Below, piece by piece: positions 54,919-64,000 of a DNA stretch of 64,000 bases. Position numbers and translations under genes: made by a program. Location: assembly GCA_964016885.1 (NCBI GenBank), contig OZ024740.1:129084001-129148000 (forward strand). The letters are read 5' to 3'. The first letter of the stretch is position 1. Each line of letters starts with the position of its first letter. The notes beneath the pieces are model-generated. The model saw only the letters and a program-made list of their open reading frames with translations. It was not told the DNA's origin and ran no database searches. The stretch is from Eledone cirrhosa (Eukaryota).

Positions 54919-57417
54919 GATAGACAGACAAATGAAAGATACAGCTCACCCTGAGGAACAAATATGGGAAAATATAACAGTTGAACAGTTGCGCTTGGCT
55001 CTAAGAAAAACCAGCAAATGGAAATCCCCAGGAAAAGACAAAATACAAAACTTTTGGATAAATGCCTTCACAGAGTCTCATGAGCTGTTAGCCCAACTTT
55101 ACAATGAAATAGTTAAGGAGCCAGAAAAGATACCATCATGGCTAGTTAACGGCATTACATTCCTGCTTCCGAAGAATGATGAGACAAACAATCCCAACAA
55201 TTACAGACCGATAATTTGCTTGACCACAATGTATAAAATTTTAACATCAGTCCTAACTGAATACATATATGACCACCTGATAACAAATGACCTATTTCCC
55301 ATTGAGCAGAAAGGGTGTAAACGAGGCTCATATGGCTGTAAGGATCAGCTTCTGGTTAACAAAATGATACTGGAATATTGTCATAATAGACACAAAAATC
55401 TATCGATTGCTTGGATAGATTATAAAAAAGCATTCGATAGTTTGCCACACAGTTGGATTGAAAAATGTTTAGATATTTTCAAAATATCCCCCGTTGTCAG
55501 GAGGATTTTGTCATTCAGTATGAAGACATGGAAAACGACACTCCTTTTGAATAGTGAAACAGAATCACTGGAAGCTGGAGAAGTTAATATTAATTGTGGA
55601 ATTTTTCAGGGTGACTCTTTATCACCGCTTTTATTCTGCATCGCACTTATACCATTAAGTAAAATGCTCAATGAAACAAAACATGGATATAAAGTCTATG
55701 ACAAAACCATTAATCACCTGTTCTACATGGATTACCTGAAACTATTTGCAAAAAATGATGAACAATTGCAAGGGCTATCATCCACTGTGGAGCAGTTCAG
55801 TGATGACATTATAATGGAGTATGGATTAGATAAATGCGCCAAAGCAACGTTCACCAGAGGAAAGCTGCTGAAGAGTTAAGACATTAATCTTGATCGGGGG
55901 AACGTGATAAGAGAACTTGATCAAGAAAAAACTTACAAATATCTAGGTGTTTGTGAAGGAGACGGAATCAAGCACTCGACAATGAGGGAAAGGATAAGGA
56001 AGGAATGTTACCGCAGAGTAAGAGCAATCTTAAGAACGGATTTGAATGCAAGGAATAGGATCGATGCCATAAACACGCTTGCCATACCAGTAGTAAACTA
56101 CAGTTACAATGTCATCAACTGGTCAAGCACAGAGATCCGTAGGCTCGATACAAAAATTCGAAAATTCTTAACCATGCACAGAATGCATCACCCTAAGGCA
56201 GATGTAGATAGAATATATCTCCCTAGGAAAGAAGGAGGACGTGGGTTAATCCAGTTAGACATTGCGTTGAAAACTGCAACAGTTGGATTACCTACATATC
56301 TAAGGGAATCACATGATTGGATGATCAAACTCGTTTTGAAACACGAAAGCTTCAAAAGATCATATTCCATTACAAAAGATGCACAAAGATACAGTAATGG
56401 ACTACAAATTTAGGAAGTCCCATTTACTGCTGAAATGGAAAACACAGAAAAAGCAAAGCAGGTAAAAGTAACTGCAAAGAAAGAACTGCTACAGAAACTG
56501 GCTAAGAAATGGCAAGAAAAGCCTCTGTATGGAAAATACCCAGAGCGAGCTAACAATCCTGATGTTGACAAAACTTTAACCCATCAGTGGTTGGCATCCT
56601 CTGGACTGAAATCGGAGACTGAAGGACTGATTATATCAGCACAAGATCAGTGTCTGCCAACAAAAAATTACCAAGCCAACATAATAAAAAATGGGTGCAG
56701 CCGATTATGCCGTGTATGCAAAAAACAACCAGAGACCATTGAACATATCATTTCAATGTGCAGTCCTATAGCTCCAACCGAATACCTAAACAGGCATGAC
56801 AGAGCTGCACAATACATACATTGGATAATGTGTAAGCATTTTGACCTGCCCCATCAAAAGAATTGGTGGGAGCATCAACCACCTCCCATACTTGAAAAAG
56901 ATCACATCTCAATCTTGTGGAACTTTAGTATCCAAACAGACCGAAAAATAGATTCAAATAGACCTGATATAATATTGAAGGACTTTCAAAAGAGGGTATG
57001 CCTGCTAATTGATATGTCTGTTCCAATAGACAAGAATGTATCTATAAAAACATTTAAAAAATTGAGCAAGTATAAGGACCTGGAGATAGAAATTGGAAAA
57101 ATGTGGAAATTGAGAACTAAAACAATACCAGTGGTTGTAGGCGCTCTTGGAATGATACCTAAGGGGTCTAATGATTACATATCGCAAATCCCAGGAAACC
57201 CGCGTATAGGAGAAATACAAAAGATAGTACTAATGGGAACTGCCCATATACTAAGGAAGATTCTGTCAATAAAAGTACATCACAAGTCTAAACACTAAAG
57301 ATGCATGTGTGAATATGTATGTTCTTTCTTGAACATGGCGGACCTTGTTGTCTCTTGAGGTCACTGGTTGTGACTTGGTGATAACTCGTATGAACATAAA
57401 GCAAGATAAATGCAACT
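54917..57417 (+). mobile_element. 5'-truncated Dong/R4-type LINE, family B
   Basis: Three ORFs in one frame (54932-57298) split by two stops; RT, CRVC..H..C, RHD, NRPDI..LIDMSVP; (TAA)n on both sides. Confidence 0.95.
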
Positions 57418-57712
57418 ATAATAATAATAATAATGATTTCATTTATTAGGCACAAGGGCCGACATGTAGGGGACAATACAAAGACAGGGATAGTGGGGGT
57501 TTACAATAAGGTCGAGTAAAAGTGCACAATGGCAAGACTAATTTAACAATGAAAATATAAAAATATAAAATAAACTATGCATAAATATAACAAAATAAAT
57601 TCCCCGATAGGGGGTGGGCGACCCTGGGGTGATTCGGGTACCCCACCAATCCTGAACCACCCTGCGCTTCTAGGGCACCCAGGAGAGCACCCCTCTCCTC
57701 AAGTTAGCCAGC

Positions 57713-60700
57713 CTATAGGCGCATGGTCAGAGTAGGCCCATTCACACGAGCCATTCTCGCCACATTCACCCACCTTTTAGCAAATGTACTGGGGGCAGCA
57801 CTTCTCTCTCCACCCTCACCCTCCTTTCCAGGTGAAACTTGAAGTAGTTGATGAGGGATTGGCCGAAGAGAAAAGTGTCTGTCTTTAGTCCTTTCAACTT
57901 GGTCCACCATATAATCTCTTTCGCAACTGCCACCAGACAGAGGAAAATGTCCTGCTCTTCCTGACCTAAGGAAGGTGGCGGCTCGATCTTCACTATGGAC
58001 TCGGCCGATAGCCGGATTCGTTCAACACGCGACAGTAGCTGTTCGACATAACTCCACAAGTCAGTAATGCACGGACATTGGACAAGTGCGTGCAGAACGG
58101 TTTCGTCGTTCTGTGCGCATTTTGGGCAGGTCCGTCTGACATACTTCCGTGCCTGTAGAGTTTATCCCGAACCGGCAGTGCCCCCCGGTAGCACTGCCAA
58201 GCGAGGGATTTCTGGAAATTGTTCATCGTCCCCGGCTCAAAAGTCCTCCGGTACAGACTGGTCAGTTCGACTTCGTCGAGGCCCAAAGCTTCTCCGAGTG
58301 CGTCATCGCACTTGCCCACCACTAATCCTCTATAGAACTCTAGAGTGGAAGTTCCACTGATCGCATTGCCCGCTTGGTAGAGGGCAGTGAGTGCCTGGCA
58401 AGATTCCAGGTGCCAGTCACCCAGTATCGGTCTCTTCTTGACCCAGGACTGCGGCTCAGTCAAAGAAATTAGCTGCGGAAAGGCCCGTCTGACAAACGGC
58501 GACCACACCTGTTCACCATTGAGGCAGAATATCTGGAGATGTCGCAGCCTCAACACAGGTCTGCTCATCATTAGCCACGCATGCCCAGCCTTCCGCGTAG
58601 AGGGTGCTGGCAGCAGATGGACCGTCTCACCAACGGAACTTGTCCCCTCCACAAGAATATGAAGAGGAGCCGTTCCAACTTGACGAGGCGCAGACGGGGG
58701 CAAGGCACGACGGTTAGGCGGTAGTAGATGACGGACGTGATGTACGCATTCGCCACCTCCGCGCGACCTATCAGTGATAGCTTCCTCCCAGCCCATTTTG
58801 GGGTGAGACTGGCTACTCTGCTCGTTACCTCGTCCCAATTCTTTTCCACCTGGAGGTCTGGTCCGAACCAAACCCCGAGCAACTTTACTGGTCTGTCCAT
58901 CCAGCGCCCCACGACGCTGTTGGACGGCATAGGCTTGCCTCTCCAGGCTCCGAGCTGCAAGCCCACCGACTTATCCGGGTTAAGTTTGGCTCCTGTCAAC
59001 CTTTCATATTCCTTCGATTTCTGAGGTGTTCGACACCATCACGGTGATGTCGTCCGCATAAGCCGACACCGCCTTTCCACGTCCCGGTTCGAGCGGGATG
59101 CCCTGCAACAGCTCTAGCTTCCGCACTAAAGGCTCGAGAGTCAATAAGTACAGAAGGGAAGAGAGAGGGCACCCTTGACGGACCGATCGGGAGAGCCGAA
59201 ATGGTTCCGAGAGGTGGCCATTAACCTTGACCACCGAGCGTGTACCGCTGTGCATTGCAACGATCCATCTTCTAAAGACAGGGCCGAAGCCAGCTGATTT
59301 GAGGACAGACTCCAGATAACGATGGTCGACCCTATCGAATGCTTTCGATTGATCTAAATTGATCAGTGCCCCACCGAAGCCAGGTATACACCCTACCCTT
59401 TCTATGATGTATCGCATGAGGTGGAGATTGTCGTGTACGGACCTGGCTGGGATTGTGCAAGTTTGCGCCTCCCCAACCAAATCCTCGACGACAAGCGCCA
59501 ATCTCTTTGCAAACACCTTGGCCGAAATCTTAAACTCTGTGTTGAGCAGATTTATGGGCCTGAAGTTGTCTAACGTATCCCTCTTGTTCTCGTCTTTCCT
59601 TATCAGCGTCACCACTCCCCTGCTCACAGAACTGGGAATACTCCCATTCTGCTGCCAGTTACAGTAGAGTGCTTCGAGGAGTTCGGAGAACAAGTCTGGC
59701 ATATTTACGTAAAGCTCGTAGGGCAGGCCAGGCAAACTGGGTGACTTGCGCCTCATGCAGCCGACAAGGGCGTCCTGAATTTCGGCTGAAGTAATCGGCC
59801 TTTCGCAGCGCTCAGCGTCGACCGTCGAGATGCACGGCAAGCCGTCAAGGTAGGGACTGAAATCCGCTACTCTCTCTGACTCGCCACGCTCCCTGAACAA
59901 CCGAGCAAAGTGCTGGCGAAAGGCCTCACACATCCGCTTGGAATCGCTTATCTCGTGTCCGTCTCGGTCCGCCAAAGACCGAATTGTGGTTTTATTACCA
60001 CGCTGCGCCTCCGCCACGCGGGCCCATCGAACAGCTTTAGTTCCCTCGTTTTTCAGCGCACGCGTCTTAGCTCTGACAATGCAACCTTCGTGTTTGTCAT
60101 TGAAGAAATGGTCTAATGCCATTCTCGCCGCTAGCACGTCAGTTGTGATGCCACTACAAATAGCCTCGTCTAACTTATCTACCAGCTCCCCCTCCTTTCT
60201 ATTTTTCTCTAACGCTAGTTCTTTGCTAAACTCTATCGAAGTTACTCTAATCTCTCTTTTGAGAGCCCCCCACCATATGTTGTTGATGATCCCCCCTGTC
60301 AACTTTTGCTTAACTAACTTGTTGACTCGGTCCCTGTAAGCCATACGTGCCGGAAATGACATGTTCAGCTTCCAGTAACCCGGTCCTAACCTACGCGTTT
60401 TATTTAGGTCGACCGTACAGATCACAAATTTGTGATCTGAATAGGCGACCGTTTTAAAAAGTGGACAGCCCACACTATTTCTATCTATTTTCCTAATAAT
60501 GATTCTGTCTATATACGATCTAGATGACCCCATTCGGTTGGTCCATGTCCATACTGGCACATTGGGGAAATCTAGTCGATACCTGTCAGACAGTTGGAAC
60601 TGGCTGAGTAGGTGCTTGAGGCTTTTGCACCCCCCGCTCCTATCGGCTACTCCCACACAATCCCAGTCCCCCGCTAACAGTAAAGGGCGAGACGTACCCA

Positions 60701-61088
60701 GAAAGGTCTCCAGGCGCCTAAAGAAGTCAGGTCGTCCGGCCCCTGTAGGGGCGTAGACGGCCAGCAGTCTAAAGGCACCACCATCGCTACTGCTCACATC
60801 CAAGACCACCAACTTACCGTCCGGGTCCTGGAAAATTGACCTTACCTCGAGATCCAGTCCTTTACTAAACAGCACTGCCATCCCACTCCTCATTCCCGGC
60901 CTGCTAACAGATGCGAAGATCTGATAGTCGTCGAAAATGGGGGCTAGTGCGCGCGTGTCGGAAATTCTGGTCTCGCTTACGGCAAACACATCCATTTCTA
61001 GCGACCGGAGGTCGTTGTGCAGGCGACCCTGCTTCCAGGGTGTCCCCAGGCCGCGAACATTTAAACTTCCTACTCTTAATATGGCCAT
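57713..61088 (-). pseudogene. Tx1 ORF2 (AP endonuclease, reverse transcriptase, C-terminal Cys domain), frameshifted
   Basis: GSLNVRGL, SETR, VYAP, IDRI, SDH, GYWKLN, FRPINLLN, KAFDRV, RQGCPLS, YADD; continues in ORFs 58571-58999, 57993-58871, 57766-58059, 57713-57910. Confidence 0.92.
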
Positions 61089-61097
61089 ATTGGTAAG

Positions 61098-63260
61098 CTA
61101 AGAGAGAGAGAGGGAAGGTTTATTTACCTCCCGGGTCTTGTGATGGTCGGGTGGTTCGACCTCCATGGTTGGTGGGGTTTCTTTTGGGAACCCCTTTAAA
61201 AGTCTTGATGTGGGTTTCACATTCGGGTTTCCCACGTCTTGAGGAAAGCTCTCTCGAATTTCTTTGAAGGAATCGAGTGACATTCGGACCAGAAGCAAAT
61301 CTTCTGGAACGCAAAATGTGCTCATTTCAAAAATCTCCCCCTCTGTTTGAATGTCCTCGCTTCGCGCTAAGAGGGCCATCAGTTTATCGTTGGCCCTTCT
61401 GACAAGCACGAAGTTTTTAACATTTTGTTGGTGTGGTTTTATTTGTTTTCGTTTTGGTGAAGGTGGTGGCGATGGTTTTGGTGGTGTTGTTTCGGGTATG
61501 TCTATGTTTGTTGTAGGTGTGGTGTCTGCAATTTCAGGTATTTGTGTGTTTATTTGTACTTGTGTTTGTTTAGCTTGTTTGCGTTTCGGGGATTGTGGAG
61601 GTGGTGTCGATGTTGCTGATGGTGGTGATGTTATTGGGGAAGTGTTTGCGTTAGTGGTGTCTGTATTTTTTGCTGTGTGTGTTTTTGTGTTTTGTTGGGG
61701 CTTTTTTTTTGTGAGTTTTCTCTGTTTTTTTTGCACTTTTGGGTTTTCCCTCATCTTCGCTGCTGGAAGACAAAGGGTCTGTGTCTGTGAGTGTCTCTGT
61801 GTCTGTGTGTTCGTTTATTTTTTTTGTCTATGTGTAAAATGGGGGGGGGGGGGAGACCTTTCCTCGTTTTCTCCTTGGATTGGTTTTGGTGTTGGTGGTG
61901 ATCCGGCTGCTTTTGATGTTGGTGTCCGTGTTTCTGTTGATGTTGTTTTTGGTGGTGGTGGTGGTGCAGCCTTCCGTGCTGACACTGGCGTTGGCAACAA
62001 AGGAGGTTTGCGACCCCCTGCATTTTTGCGCTGAGGGCAGAAGGCTTGAAGATGCGTTGCTTCCCCGCAAACGAAGCAGCGTGGCCTTCTTCCGTCAATC
62101 ATTAGTTGGATTGTTGTCCCGTCCTGCAGGCGGGCAAAATCTGCGATGTTATTCATGTCCTCCGGTTTCATTTGGAGAAGAATCTCCAAATCCATTCCGG
62201 ACCAGTCCTCTCTCTCTGTCCTTTTGATGTCCAGGAGGGTGGTGTCTGTCCCCTCCTCGATTACGCATCCCAGCAGCCACCATATGTTCATTCCTGGTGG
62301 GATGTTGGGAATGCGTACCTTCACTGTCCTTTTACCCATATAGGGCGGATGCATGATAATGCGTTCCGTTCTGCAGGGGGTCACCGAGTGCTTAATAGCG
62401 AGGGCCTCGGTTTTGAACAGTACCGAGATGGTACTGAACTGTTTGCCTTTTGCTTTGTACTCTATGTTACTTCCAATGTACTCCAAAGCAGCCTCTACCT
62501 CTGCTTGGCTCGCAAGTTCCACTTTTCGTGTCTGCACCGAAATACATCGAAAGAGCACCGACCTCCTTTGCATGGCCCCTATTGCCTCGTCCGGGATGGT
62601 CAGGTTTGCCCAGGACTTCTCCCGTTTAATTAGCCTCCACGCTTTGGCCAACTGTTCTTCTTTATCGCTAATATCAATATCAATATTCAATAAGCGCTTT
62701 GATTTTGCTGCTGCTGCAGAAAATGTGGTGTTTCTTATGCTCTTATTGTTGTTGTTGTCATTCTTGCTGTTGCCACCACCATCCTTGTTTACATTGAAGC
62801 TGTCGGTGTTATTGTCGTTATTGCTCCTAGGGCGGTGGATTGGCAGTATCGGTAGAGAGTCGGACACCATGCTTTCCAGCATAGTTACGTCCCTTTACGA
62901 TCTGTGTTCAAATCCCGCCGAGGTTGACTTTGCCTTTCATCCTTACGGGGTCGATAAAATAAAGTACCAGTAATGCACTGGATAGTTGCTGGCCTTGTGC
63001 CTAATGTAGAAACAGTTATTGATCTGAGTTGTTGTTGTGGTGGTGGTGGTGGTGGTGGCGGTGTTGGTCATGTCGTTTTCAGATGATACTGCTGCTATAG
63101 CAGAAGGTTGTGATGGTAGCTTTTTAGTTTTGCTTTCACATTCAGTAGAGTGGGTGACAGGCATGACTGTAGCCGTCGTAGTCGTGGTGAAATCGGCAGT
63201 GGCTGCCTTTAAACTTTTGACCTGAACGTTGTTTACCGTTTCAAGGTCGAAAATTTCCAT
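61098..63260 (-). pseudogene. Tx1 ORF1 (gag-like, zinc knuckle), interrupted by a SINE and frameshifts
   Basis: Segments 62943-63260, 61815-62882 (VRIPNIPP, CFVCGEATHLQAFC) and 61098-61754. Confidence 0.85.
62830..63020 (+). mobile_element. Full-length tRNA-SINE inserted in Tx1 ORF1
   Basis: Matches the 9472 SINE; GTTATTG at 62817 and 63015 is a possible decayed TSD. Confidence 0.92.
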
Positions 63261-63486
63261 AATTTTTTTTTTGGTGGGGAAGCGATTTTTTTCTAAGTTT
63301 TTAAAAAATAAATCTGAATATTCGGTCTTAAAGCCCGAATATTGAAAGGTATCCCTCTCTTTAAATCAAGATGTGTACCTTAAGTTTCGTTAATGACAAG
63401 AAAATACACAAAAAGACCCTTTAAAACAGCTTAAAGCTACGAATCTTTCCCCCCGCAGACTTGTCTGTCTTCACACATGTGCCGCC

Positions 63487-63530
<44 letters not shown>

Positions 63531-63532
<2 letters not shown>

Positions 63533-64000
63533 GAGATCTTCAAGGTGGCAGATAACATCAGGCAGTTGAGCAAAAGTATGAAGTCCTGGGAAACAGAGTT
63601 AACATCAACTGGAGAATCTTTGGGAAGCGTGAATATCAAGAGAGGTATCTTCCAGGGAGATAGTCTGTCCCCTCTGTTGTTTGTCTCTTGTCCTGATGCC
63701 CCTGACCAGTGTACTGCGAGAAGTGAGAGCAGGATACAGGTTGGGAAAGGGAGGGCTTACCATCAATCACCTCCTCTTCATGGACGATCTTAAGCTCTTC
63801 GGGAAGAGTGAGAAGGAGTTGGATGTGCTTGTTGACGCTGTCCGTATTTTCAGCAATGATATATGTACGCAATTTGGTATTACTAAGTGTGGAATCATTG
63901 TGATGAGGAGGGGAAAGTTGAGCAGAAGTAACGGAATCCAGATACCAACAGGTGAGATGATAAAAGAAATTGACTCTGAAGAAGGATACAAGTATTTGGG
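63531..64000 (+). mobile_element. 5'-truncated Dong/R4 family A LINE running off the window end
   Basis: [27 protein letters not shown]; preceded by (TAA)n at 63487-63530. Confidence 0.92.

Larger units (their letters stand above)
57434..63486 (-). mobile_element. Full-length L1/Tx1-clade non-LTR retrotransposon (~6.05 kb) in (TAA)n
   Basis: 5' UTR from GGCGGCAC at 63486, ORF1 with CCHC knuckle, ORF2 APE-RT-Cys domain, 3' UTR ending AATAAATGAAATC(ATT)n. Confidence 0.93.

Noticed and set aside
59359-62973. Long plus-strand ORFs (e.g. 61351-62034, 62353-62973)
   Set aside because: Antisense shadows of the Tx1 ORFs with no independent motifs.

Overview
AT-rich eukaryotic (animal) DNA with no intact host gene. 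The dominant tRNA-derived SINE and the repeat mix resemble an octopod cephalopod genome (inference). The window is a mosaic of retroelements associated with microsatellites. (TA)n tracts are flanked by Penelope-like element (PLE) pieces and short non-coding modules that carry type I hammerhead ribozyme (HHR) motifs and often form inverted or hairpin structures. (TAA)n tracts host arrays of Dong/R4-type RLE LINEs (+ strand), L1/Tx1-clade LINEs (mostly - strand, one full-length ~6 kb copy) and a tRNA-SINE whose 3' tail matches the Tx1 3' tail. Between the repeats are heavily decayed LRR-like (possibly Toll-like receptor) coding remnants, RTE fragments, a probable non-autonomous Helitron and a possible DNA-transposon end. 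All alignments, folds and translations were done by eye; boundaries are approximate.
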